The position numbers were made by a program, and so were the translations under genes. From NCBI GenBank assembly GCA_002633005.1, contig NMRA01000979.1, positions 16,835 through 80,834 on the forward strand: a DNA stretch of 64,000 nt, in the 5' to 3' direction. How positions within the stretch are numbered: the first letter of the stretch is position 1; each line of letters begins with the position of its first letter. The stretch comes from Phoronis australis (Eukaryota; Animalia; Phoronida). The notes beneath the pieces were generated by a model. The model had not been told where the DNA came from and did no database searches. It saw nothing but the letters and a program-made list of their open reading frames with translations. Positions 1 through 13,400 of the stretch are shown here, in pieces.

Positions 1-352
1 TGGTGGCTTTACCGAAAATTGCTTCCACTACAGTACCCTTACCGCTGTAAAAGTAGTACATCCCGGAAAGATAAAATCATTGTTTACCTAAAAATATCAC
101 TGTGTGACAAAATGTCTCGGTGGTTTGTGCAACCCCTTCTTACATTCGTCCACGGACTCGCCCGATGCGTTAAACACAGTAGTTGCCGATAAAGCATATT
201 TTGTAAGAAGTTGTCGAACCCTGATGAAGCTTTTAGGGAATAGCAAGAGCCTACAAATCATTGTTCTGTTTTGAAGACTTTACTTAACATTTAATATCGG
301 TTAACATTTAAAATCCGGGTTAAGTTACATGTAAGTGCCAGTCTGTATATAC

Positions 353-366
353 GTGTGGGTGCGTGG

Positions 367-426
<60 letters not shown>
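353..426. repeat. (GT)n microsatellite
   Basis: Direct inspection. Confidence 0.95.
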
Positions 427-1334
427 NAATGAATATGAAAAGTGATCGCCAAGTGTTTTGTCGTTTCTTTTTCATTTACGTTGAACTCTGTGCATTTACT
501 AACAGAAAACCAAATGACAAACCATAACAAAGTGACCAACACATGTGACCTGCTGTCGTAATGCGTCCAGTCACGAGAATGCAGCCTGACCTCTCACCAG
601 ATGTTTTGTACTTTCCGATATCAATTGTCGAAAATTGAACTCTTCAATTTACAGATATTGCAAACATGAAATAAAAGAAATCATTTACACACTAACTTTT
701 ACACACACAGTATCTCTCTCATCAATTCATCTGTATCCATATTGATTCCATTTCTCATAATGGAATTTTTTGTAAGATGAATTCGCTCAAAGGAGATCGC
801 CGTTCCTTAGGCACGACCCAGCTGCATATGAGGTAACTAACCCCAGAAATAGCAAAACTCATGTGTTCGAACGAAACCAGGTTCCCGGGTCTTTCATGCT
901 TGTATTTGAAACGAACACGAAATTATTTTGGCAATTTCTCTGCTCCATTTGTGCGAACTCAAGATAAGTAGTAATCAGACTGTGTTCAAATGCATTATAC
1001 TGTAGTTTATGCATTTGGGTTTCTAGTTCAAGTTTGCACTTGAAAACCCTTATATTCGTGCTACAAAGTCAAGTAGAAACAAAAAAATTGGAGTTCCAAC
1101 TGGAACTTTTAGCCTTAATGTTGGGTGTATCAACCGCAAATTAGGACTAATGAATTATTCACGTAAGTCATTATGTACTCAACCATAGAATAATAGACAC
1201 TTACTTTGAATTCCCAAAAAGAAGAGTAGAAAATGCCACAGTTTATTTAATATAATTTTGAGAACCAATTCGAGTAAAACGTTTAGAGACCGAGCCCAAA
1301 GAAATGCAAGAAAACGTGTACTCACAGTGGTTAC

Positions 1335-1457
1335 CTTGAGTACTTCAAAAGTTCTTGTAATGTAATCGGGTTTCGTCTCCTTGCTAGTGAGCGTGACGTT
1401 GATGTGGCCGTATCTTTCCACCTCATGCGAGTCTGGCCAGTACTCTTCGCATTTTCG
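1335..1457 (-). CDS. Gene A exon 36, PTP D1 (KCEEYWP); alternative donor would extend it to 1326
   Basis: PTP motif 7. Confidence 0.92.
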
Positions 1458-4400
1458 CTATAAAAATGGTAGAAGGCAAGTACGTACATTTATATATTTA
1501 TTTATTCATGTATGCATGCATGTGTGTGCGCGCACCTGTGTGTGTGCATGTTTGTGTATTTGTTTTAAAACGCATAATTCTATTGGACATCTGATTCTCC
1601 AATAGGTGGAGCCTGAAGTTGCATCACTGAGACATGCAGTGCTCACCTTCCCGTTTTCGACAGGTTTGGTCAACATAACTATCCTGGTTACGTTTTCTTG
1701 CCACACCATTCGCCAAAAGTCTTTTACAGAGTGAGTATTCGGGCCTAGAAAAAAGACCAACTTAGCTCAAACCTCTTTCCAATTCAAAGTAACAGAAACT
1801 GAATTTTTAGATTAAAGAGAATAAAGTGGTACTGTTTTGAAAATCTGGGGAGAAAATTTGGAACACTTCTGCATAGAACATGTTCACGTCTTTTAGAGTA
1901 AGGCAGTAAAGGGTTTACCCGTGTGCTGTTGCTTAACATATTCAGGCCTCACCCATTGCAGCAATGAAGGCCCGGGGTTTCTTGTAGCCATTGATGTAGC
2001 TCGCATTGATGAAGTCCGAGTCGGGTTTATTCGTTAGATCAGGAAGAACAACACGGTTCTTGTCATCTGTGAATTCCAAAAATCAAGTTATGTTTGCCGT
2101 GTACAGAAATGCTTAAGCTGCTCTTGTAATAAAATTTCACAAAAGGCGAGCATCCAAAACCGTATCGTTTTAATAAAATCTACCACAACATCATATATAT
2201 CACATAACCTGTTAGGTTTCTGGATGATAATCAGGCATTTATATACAGAATGCATTTCATTGACCTGTTGGATTATTTGCATCATATGAAAACGATTTTA
2301 ATCAATATGACAAATGGAACCGACGGCATAGCTTGCAACAAAATAAAAAAACAAAAACAATAACAAAAAAGAGAATTACCTACTGACTCGTAGGCTTCAG
2401 GATTACATACCAGTAACTTTACTATAGCCTTTAAATAGCATTTTAATGTTTATTTCAATGAACTCATAAATGGCCGATTATGCGCCTTGCAGTTGGACAC
2501 AACTCTAGTTACTTGGTGTAGAGAGACTGTGTGCTATTTCCACCTACAGGGTACAATGTTGTTGAAACGATTTTTCCTCTTGTTGTCTTCCTTCAAAGCT
2601 GCATCTCTCGCGAAAATCAGACCACTAGGTAAATTCTAAAAGGATAACAAATGCGACACCTTTAAATTACAGTAAATAGGAAAAATCAGATATCAGTGAA
2701 TCTACTTTGGGCAAACTCACCTCAGAGTTAGTCAAAGTTACGACATGGAGGTCAGATGCAAAATTGCGCCAAATCAATGCAAACAACAAGTCATAGTTTT
2801 CTGTTGTTTACTGCTAGAACAAGTTTATCGGTGATAATATTTACTTCTTGCGTATAAAACGTGATTAATGGAAACTATAAGTCATACCCTGTATTCCTCA
2901 TCGAGATTGTCTTCGCTCTGTCTTCTGGCTACATACGAATCTAATTCATCGATAGGTATTGGTTTACTGACGTTGGAGTACACCGGCTCAGCGGGTGGGG
3001 GTGCAGTGCCCTTTGGTTTAGTTTGGGGTACTGACTTCTCCTTGGGTCTGGAAGGCTCACCTTGGGAAGTGTCCCGCAGATCTTTGAACGCGTCTAGTTG
3101 GAGGGACAAAACGAACATTTGTACCTGGGTTTTATATATCCCACTTCAACTTTGTAGGAGTTACGTCTTGTTAACCCTACCGTAGTTTTAAACATCATAT
3201 AGGACCAAAGCCAACAAATCGCCACACTACACTTTCAATATACCTATGTAAATCGTAAACTGGCATGGAAATGCAGGTGTAACTCGTTTTAAGACTTGTC
3301 ACCCCGTTACCTATTGGCCACACCACGTGACCGGTGGTCCCGATGGCTCAATGGACTAGAGGGTGTACACGGTTAGCAGATGGCAACGGGTTCAAGTCCC
3401 GGTTGAGGCAGAAATCTTTTCAGACTTATTTTCATTAGGTCACGTGATGTGGCTAACAGGTGGCATGCTGACCAGACTAAAAATGTTTGCTATTACCTTT
3501 TAATTTCCCATTAGGGGTACTTCGTTTACTGAAGCTTCGCCGAAGCTTTGCTTATTTACCTTTCCAAGTTAATAGCGATATCGAAGTTATCAATGACAAC
3601 AGATGGCGTAGATCATTCGTATTCTCAGAGGAATATCGAGTGGTAGGTTCGAGGCTGACTGAAAATTATTCTTCTGCCATTTACAAGTGTTCTTGACAAA
3701 GATCAGTGTCATTTTTCATCAAATATGATTATTTCTTTTTTTATTATTCTACGTCTATTGAGAATACGTCAGCTACGCTACAATAACAAGGAAAACGTTT
3801 TTCGAGTCTCTCGTGTTCTTACATCGTTGCCACGACCTCTACCGATAACCTGAACGAAGCTTCGCTTTTAAATCCTATTACTTTAAGCGAAGTTTTACTT
3901 ACAGATTAACTCACGGAGTTAACCTTTCCCATTTACCCAAACTTTGGTAAACGTGAACTTTGGCCTCTAATTGGAAAGCTACTTACAGTGTAAGTGAACT
4001 AAGTTTTAGTCATGCGGAGACTACTTGATCCCTTGCTCACAAGCCAAGAGCGGAATTTCTATTATGTGATATGTCACGCAGCGATTTGGTAGTGATCACA
4101 ACAACGATGATATTAATGCTATTTAGGACCTTTATGAACGACCTCAACTCTAAGTCAAACATCGAAAATACTATGCCTTTTCAACCATTAAAAGAATATA
4201 TGTTCGGAAAGGAGAAACATGGTTTTGAGACATAACGTAAAGTTTTCATTTAAAAATGTTTAATTAAAGTCGGTTGGGGTTATTTTGTTAGGATTGTACA
4301 TTTCTTGTACAACTTAAATGTGGTTACGTGACAATAATAAAGACACAACAGTAAGAAGCATGTATACTTTTAATGATTGGCAAAGATAGTTTTTCGATCT

Positions 4401-7400
4401 TTGACTTAGAGTTGAGATCGTGTATATAACCTTATGCAAAATATGATTTTAAGCATCCACTTACGGGAACTAGATCCTTCATTTGTAGATATATCATGCA
4501 TCGGCAGTTGATCTGATGATGAAGGGTTCTTGGACGCTTGTCGTCGTCTCCTACAGGTTGATGGTACTGAATTGTAAACAACACAGAACACACTCATGCA
4601 CGCAAGCACCCACGCACGAACGCACGCACACAGCATCTTCTAACGAGGTTTATTCATAACGTTTAATACATGATGCGTCATTAGCTTTTTCCATCAACAT
4701 TTGCAATACATGTATATTCAGTACTTTTAGAATGTCCACATAATCTATCCAATCACGTGTGAACACATGACAGGGTACCATTGCAGCTTCAGGTTCGTAT
4801 GATCAGATTTTCCAATATATCAAAATTATTCTATTCACACATCAAAATATATGTTGTTGAACAATTTCCAGGATTTTTGAAGATAATGTCTGCCCAGAGA
4901 AGCAAGTTAAGTTTGGTGCCAGTAATAATTGCTATCTGCAGTTACTGTCATCGTCACCATGACCATTATTATTATTATTATAATCATCACCATTACTATT
5001 TCTAATAGCACTATAGACGAATACACTAAAATATTCTTCCACTTATGTTATTGCTCACCTATAAAACACCAAGCCTATGATGACCAACACCAAAAGTACT
5101 GCAACAAATGAACCTATGCCAGCTCCTATCACGGTGTCTTTGCGCTCCTTTTTCCAGTTCCTTACTGAAAACACGTTTTGTAAAACTTAGTGATAGGAAG
5201 CCGTGAAAGTAACAGTAAATGTCAGTGACAATAAGAACAACTGAAGACATTTATTAACTACAGATAAAATTCCAATAGACAATAAAAAAGAGACAGTAGC
5301 AGCAGCGGCGGCTATGGCAGAAGAAGGCAGAACCAGACTTGCGTACCCAGCATTCTTTCAAGTCATGTGCGAGTACCAGCGAAACATTCAGCTGCACTAC
5401 AGGTTGAAGAATTTAGAGTCCCCTGATACGACGTAAAATGTAACAATTTCGTAAAATGTAACAACTGTTGAATTTTAGGAGAGGTTTAGCAACGTAAAAT
5501 GTAACAATGATGTAATAAAAAAATGTTACATTTTACGGCGTATCAGTGCCCCATTAAATGTTCTTTAAATGATGTCAGTCGGGAGCATTAGAGAATACAT
5601 CACTACCTTGGTGAGTTTCTGCTTCAGCCATGTCTTCAAACTGTAGGTACTGGTAATGCTCTTTCCTTTCCTGTCACGATTGAGGAGAATTGTTAGGCTG
5701 GATGACTCGATATTCATAACGTGACGAAGACATGAACAGATCAAGAGCGGAAAGCATCTCACCAGTGTGATAGCATTGTTGGCTTAAAATGGTTGCCATT
5801 TAAATAGATTTGTTTCACCAACACTACCATTACGCGCTCTTAATGTTTACACAGGAGGTCCATTCCTAGTCACTCACTAAGTTAACTCAGCGTACTTGAA
5901 GTAACTGCGTTGCAAACGGAGGTACACTAGAATACCTGAAAACTACTTGAAAAACACATCAAAAACTACACACTTTCAACAATACGTGGTTCCAACTCTC
6001 TTTGAATATAAATAGAAGAGCATAAAAATTCGTTTACTAGTCTGACAATTGACTGTCTAGAACCGCAAGGTTAAATTTGTAAAAGCGGTATTAAGCGGGT
6101 ACAAACACGGCTTCTGTTACAAAAAGGAGTTTAGATTGACACAACTTTACGTAATGGAATTGTTCTCAATTTTTTTCTTATTCATACATACGAGATTGAT
6201 TTATTGGCTTCAAGAGAACAAATGGCTCAAGGTTTGTTTTTGCTTGATACCAGACTTCACAAAATCCTTATCAATGTGCGTCATTTTATTCACCAAGCAG
6301 GGTCTAGAATGAAAATGAGCAATATGGTGAACATTTAGGGTATGAAGTTAAGGTCCTATTTGAAAATGTTTCATGCAACGAGGCACAAGGGACTCAACTC
6401 ACTGATGTACATGAAGGAGGAATTGTCGAACGGTATTAGTCAACCGTAATTTAAGACGACTTACATTCACTACGTCATTTTCCATGACGATACCAAATAT
6501 GAATCGATACCAATCTCCAGTTACCAGCTGTCCATTTAGGAATCCACCATAATGCTTCCCGTCTCCAATCACAAATATTTGTTCGTTGGCTACAGTCGTA
6601 AAGTTTGCTGTGATGTACAGGTCTGCTGTACCACCCGAATACCCATGCAAAGATTTGCTGTCTAAGTCGATGTAGCTTCGTCGACTCTTAGATGACTGCT
6701 TCGCTCTTTCGACAACAACGAGATAGAACCTATAAAAGCATAAGCCTATCCTTAGGATTTAGAACACAACACAAAAATAGAAGTGCGTATGAATTACATC
6801 TGAATAATGAAAAAAACGTGCATTTCCGGCGGATTACTATTGTTTAATTTGATCTTACGTTCCACTCAACTATTTCTGAAAAATGTTTTAAATCTCAGTG
6901 TAGCAGTAGTACAACGCTTCAGATAACTTATCCACTTAATGGCTAGTTAGTGAGTTATTCGGTGTATTCTATTTATAACCTGTCACGTGATCATAATTAC
7001 ATAACTAAGCCTTGATTCAGTAACTTAAAGTGGCAACGTAACATTCACTTTCTAACTTAAATCTTTTAAGATTTAACTGACTTAAAAAGTCAGTTTTTGT
7101 GAAACCTACGCCAGGAGGGATATAAAGTCTATGAACACAATCGTGTCCACATAGTCTAAATGACTGTTGCTCACTTAATGTTGTCTTTATTTGGGTAACC
7201 TCTTGGAGGAGACAAGACCACCTTCACGCTGTGCTCTGTCATGTCCTCCTTTTTGATGACTGGCATGAGAATCTTTGGAACGTCTACAAAGACAAGAAGA
7301 AGTGATAAATACTGGGAATTAGTGAACACGTGAATAACTAATGTAGGCCTACGTATGTAACACTTTCATGAATAGAAACTGTTCACTTGCGAGCATTGCA

Positions 7401-10400
7401 GAAACCATATACTTACGCATGGGTTTCCTGAATTAAATGCCAGGTCATATAAAAGAAGGCACAAAGAATACTGTAGCCAATGATCAGCTCAAAAAGCGCT
7501 GAAGCTACATCGGAAATGTTTCACAATTTTGTGCACGTAAATCAGAAGAATGAGGGAAACACTTGTTGAGTGTGCCAGTAGTAGCCACATCGAATTCCCT
7601 TAGGTATTTTGGAAAAAAAGAACGATCTTACCTGATTATTTTTGCGTTTTATTACCTTTACCTAACAACGACGAATCAAACCACTTGTTATCTTGAACTC
7701 TCAGGCTTTGACTAATGACGTCATATTATAATTAGCAGTGACCTGAATGTCACCCAATGAGCGAAGTGAAAGCTTTAGTCCACGAGTTGACCGCTATGTG
7801 GAAAATGCAAAATGGCTGAGTGGCAAGCGATAACTAAAACGACGTGTCTTCGAGTGAAAAAGTTCTTTTGAAGGGTTTGATTTGCAGGAGGTTGCACCCG
7901 CCTTATTATTTTTGCAGATAGATGCTCTCACACGATTGTGATTTCGAATTGTTTAGGTTGACATTTGACGAGCAATTCGCGTGTGATAGGTATGACAGCA
8001 AATTGTACACTATCAATGTACAGATTTCCGGTTTAGCGACTAAGCAGACTGCGAAGCTTCGGACAATTATTGCCTTAGTGAACGGTAATGGGTGTGGACA
8101 GACATTTCTGACATAATGATACATTTTTGCTTTACCTGGCAGTGCTGTCCAGCACGTTATCTTGGCGGACGATCCCTCTCCAGCCGATGTTCGGGCAGAC
8201 ACGTGAATTTCATAAGGTGTGCCAGCAACAAGATTCGACAATACCGAGCTAAGGTTGTAGGTTTTCGCACTCTTTTGCTGTGGCCATTTTATCTGAAAGT
8301 TGAATTCCGTGAGTGTGAAATATTTTTCCAGAAACAGGAACCAAATTCTTGCCTATGTCTTTTTTTCGGCTTGAGCTGGGGAGCCGAAGCTTTGCATAAA
8401 ACTTCAGAATTTTCCTACCAGCAAATGCTGGAGTAGGCGCTGCGCAAAAATTGTTCAACGCTGCACATCAGTATTTTCCGATTGTGCGTCAATTTCTCGC
8501 CCGACTGATGTATTCCGCAGGGCCGAGTTTTTTCACTTTGGAGATGTGTATCGAATTCTACTAAGATGCCGATTGGGGAATATTCCCAGCGCCTACTATA
8601 AACGTGCTTGAATTCACACATGTAAGACCTTGACTCATGTCTGGTCAGCTCAGGAAGGCCATCTTTACATACATTATTTAACGCCTCGTCACACTTCACT
8701 GGACTATATGTAAATGCAACGAGAGTGGAGAAAAATGCTGTGACGGCGCCGAAAATGTTTGGGCTAAAATCTTATAATATGAGCACCAGCTGTATTTTTG
8801 AGCCGCAAAGTTTGAAATTCCTGCCTCTTTTGGGAAACGTGTTTGAGGCTTGTTTCCAAGAAACACAAAATATTAAAATACCCCTTGAAAACGGACACAA
8901 ATGAAACCAACAACAATATATTTCAAAAAAAAAAAAATAATAAACATCATGTCCATGAATTTAAACCGAATGACTATTGTCTGGTCTGCGGAAACTTAAG
9001 AGTCAACACATCCAGACGAATGGTGGCTGTCTACGTAGTAGTGGACGCAAGGGATGAGAACACAGAGACACGTGCATGCACTGAGAATCTTCTCTGTTCT
9101 GCCTTTAAAAAAGATTTTTAAAGCTGTACCATTTAAATTCCCATCTTTGAATATTGCGTTAACACATTCTTCATCTTCAACACTTCAGCCTAACGCAACC
9201 TATCTACGCACAATCAATTAGCCGAATAGCTAATTAGGAGACTTTCATGTTTTACCTTGTAATCTAGAATGATACCGTTTTTGACTAGAGGCTGAGACCA
9301 CGTTATTCTGACAGAAGTCTGTTTGAGGGATGTTGAGCAGGTCAGCGAACCGGGTTCACCCGGAGCTGCAACAAGAACACATTTTTTTCCAATTGATACA
9401 TTCACTGGAGGACAATAATAAAATGTTACAAAAGAGTCATTAGCAATTGACTTGATTTGTTGTGAATCTAAATTCATTATGAAGAATACACATCATGTAT
9501 ACAGTACAAATAAAAACTAACAGCTCCTTTTCAGATGATACACTCGGTTTTAGCTAGATAAAATTAGTTTTGCCCAATAGGTTGCGCATGTTGTAACAAC
9601 ATTTTCTGTTGCCCACACTGCAGTTTGAGAAAAGAGCACAATGGTATTAATGTGGTCGATCAGTATATTTTAATCGTATGGAATCAAGATAATGGATAAT
9701 CGTTGGAACACACCCTGTCACATTTGTTGCAGGTCTACATCTATGAATTCTTACCAGATTCTTGAATCCTTTCCTCTACAAAAGGACTCCATTCTCCCCA
9801 CTTGACAGTTCGGGCTTTAACCTGCAACAGGGTTGACATGGAAACTGTAGTGAACGCAAACGAGAACTGCTCCGAAGTGGGGAGACTACACCTAAGGTGG
9901 TCTCAGGTGGCATAATTAAATGAAAAAAGTGACGTTAACGTCGTCCCCTATGGCGCGCCGCTCATGTTTTTTCTTATCATCAACACCCATCGTCATCGTA
10001 AACATTTACCGTAAGTGTCGTGTCGCCGGCACCACCATTACCACCGTCATGCTCACAATGTCTTGACTTATGCATGTATTACATGCGTGGCATACGCGTA
10101 TGCTATACTTACCCGAAAGTTGTAGTTTACATATGGTCGAAGACTAGGAAGCGTAATTGTTGTACAGTTTTCGCAGGTTGAACTCCCTTGATGAGTTGAG
10201 TTATCCGACAGCCCAAGTAAAGCACGGTCGGTTTTGTTACTGATCTCGTAGGAAACAAGGTATCCAGTGACTTTTCCTCGGGGTGGACACGGTGCATTCC
10301 AGGAAAGTTTAACTGCTTCGGGATTGCTGTCCACCACAGAGAGATTGGTCGGCGCTATCGGTGCTGTAGTGACATAACAGAAAGTACCATGTTCTTACGT

Positions 10401-13400
10401 GCTATAGTATTTTCAGAAAAAGAGCACTGCGATTATCTGTACGACTTAGGGGTCGCAGACCAATCAGGTGTTTAACAAGAGTTGTAGTAAATTGGTGGGA
10501 ATTAATCGCATAGTGCTTCAACTATAGTACGAGATGAATTCTCCCTTCCAACATATCTATGTCAACGCTTTCCGAAATACAACCAAGAGCACGACGTAGC
10601 CAATGTTAGGATTGTTGCAGTCAGAAACCGGTGTTACCTACCAGTGCTGGCTTTAATCTACATGTATGCTTTGTCAAGTAACGGGTTTCAAAGAAATCTG
10701 AATTGTTCTACCTTCACAGCTGCTATGGAGCTTACCTGGATCGTAAAATGATCATTCACTGATCTACTCACTTGTGAGTTGCCAATCACAAAATTTGGAA
10801 TCCCAATTTAAAAAATTGTCATTAAAAAGTCAATTTTCAAAACGACCACGTTTCAACTTCAGCAAATTGAAACCTTTGGAGACTACACTAGTTTTAAACA
10901 GGTCAGTAGGTGAGTTGAAACTGGCTAAATGTGTTTTTTACTTTTGACGTCGTTTCTCAAATCGTGTCATCAACTTTTTGATAGAAGACTACCAATGATA
11001 AAACGTCCTGAGGAACAAAAGATTTGTGTGTTGGTTTGAGCAATGCAACTATCCACGATAAGGCTTTGATTTCAATTACACATTGTGGGGAAATTTGTGT
11101 TCCAAGGGGTAACTACCTACTCTAAAGTATCTGCCAATAGTTAATTACAATCAAGTTGTGTTTGTAGATTGTCGCAGCCGAAAGTGATACGCTAGATCGT
11201 GTATGGTAGTCGGAAAATGTGAGGACGATAACATGTTTCGTCAAAGCATGGGGGCTAGCACTGGCTTGTCTCGTTTGTCGCAAAATATATGTAAAACACA
11301 ACAGTAGAAATTTACACATAATATTAAATATTGACATTAAGTACGCTTAGAATAATTTGATGAACTTCGACCTCTTAACAGCACAAATTGGGCCAACATT
11401 GAGTATCAAAAATGCATATTTTCTTTTAAACCCTCAAAAGTACCAGGTTAAAGAACACAAAGCATTATTAATGGAACAAGAAGACGAACTTTTTAAAATA
11501 ACTTCAAGCAACAGAGCCTTCTAATGGTAGGGCTTTCGGGATAGAGAAGATCCCGAGTCGCACTTCAAAATATAAAAGTATAAATCTTCGAGCCAACTAA
11601 CTGTCCAGTTAATCAACTGCCCGTATTCCAACTCACCACTCTGATCTGTCGTAATGTTGATCCAGTCAGTCCACGGTCCAGCCAACTGTCGCACCGACGC
11701 CTGAACTCTGAATGCGTACTCTGTGTACGGCGTCAGGTTTAGGAAAGTGATATCACGACTACCTGTTTGATTTATGTAGACATTAGCCAAAACGCACGGA
11801 CCGTTTTCGTTACGTATGCTGTATCTGTAGTTGCTTACATTTCCATTTTGTTTCATACATTCGACTTCGTCCCATGTAAAGGACAATGACGAGTTCGATT
11901 TACTGATCAAACTTGCGTTTCGTGGAGGTGCGAAAGGGGCTGAAAAAAGAACGTACATGAATAGCACTGTCACTAAGAGAACTCACCCACTAACAGTATA
12001 CATTTTACGAACGGTGACAAAACAAGGACCTGCATACACTTGGGAAATTGGACAGATCTATAATAAAAAAGCCTCGTCAGTGAGATTGTGTTTTTCGGCT
12101 CAGAATATTTGGGTTATAGACCATTCATAGAACAGATCCTTACTACAGTAGGAAATTCGTCAAACAACCCTAATTCGTCATGCGCGGGACCAACACGAAC
12201 GTTAGTCCAGATGACATACAGTACTATCAACGTCTCTTCGGGATGCAAACTGTGCTGACCAAAGACTTAGATTCCATGTGAACTTACCATTTTCTACACT
12301 AAAATATCGGTTACAACCACGCAATGACATTGATACGATTGGCAACTGAAAAGTGCACGAAAATTCACAAATGTTTATGCAAATTAGAAGACTGACATCT
12401 AAATTCCCAATCCTGTGAGTTTCTAGGTCTGGCAATACCTTCACGAATCAAACAGTCCTATTCATCATAAAAACACAGTGGATCTATTTAAAGACAACCA
12501 AACTATTCGAAAACATGGAACATCTTGAGAAACCAAAATTACCAACAACTGTGTAATGCAGTTGGATCTATCCGAAAAAGCAGCAGGAGCTGGCGCCCCT
12601 CAGCCTAGTAGGTCAACGTATTGTGTAGTATAGCTAAAATAACTCCTACATCGCGTGTATCATAAAATTGTCAATAGACGTGGTGCAGAAATCATCTCGA
12701 TCTGAAAAAGCAGGAGTGAAAATAAATCTGACTAAACGGTGGAAGCTTTATAGGGCGTATACAAAGCGACTAATCTTTTAAAAATTGACTTTTATTCCCG
12801 TGCAATCCTGTCTTTTATTACCCTTTTCTTGTGTAGTGACATTCATCTTCTCAACATGCCCAGTTAGCGTTGGTCCCACTGGAGCAACTTCAATGACGTA
12901 TGAGGAAAAGGGAAATGCTTTCAACGATGCCTGATCTTCGTTTACAGACATCCAATTCGAAGAAACTTCAGAAGATCCAGGACACTGAGATCTAGACAAC
13001 ATTCTGTATCGCCATACATATCCCCTCAGTTGACATCCATCGTCTTGTGCTGGCGACGTCCACTTGATATGTAATTCGTCATTCAATTCCTCAGTTTTTA
13101 GTCTTTGAACTTCACGCAGACGTTCTTCTTGCGAGCTAAATATTGATTCAATTGTCCAAGGTCCGGGACCTGTCGCTGTGTACGCCCGCAATATCACGGA
13201 GTAATTTGTGAACGGAGAAAGGTTTGATAACCAAATAGATGTATTCACTGTTGTGTAAGTGTTTTTGAGGAATGCCACTGAACACCCCGTCGACAGCGTT
13301 GTTAACCGTACACTGTAATTTGTTATTATGCCGTTCCGTAAAGTGCAATCTGGTCGCAGCCATGACACATGGGCAGACCTGGCGGAAGCACTGATGCTGA

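Noticed and set aside
1-1325. Apparent absence of the gene A WPD/P-loop exon, suggesting truncation
   Set aside because: The window simply ends; the exon may follow a longer intron, and no stop or frameshift was seen in any gene A exon
3335-3410. Functional tRNA gene
   Set aside because: A and B boxes are present but no convincing anticodon or acceptor stems could be formed
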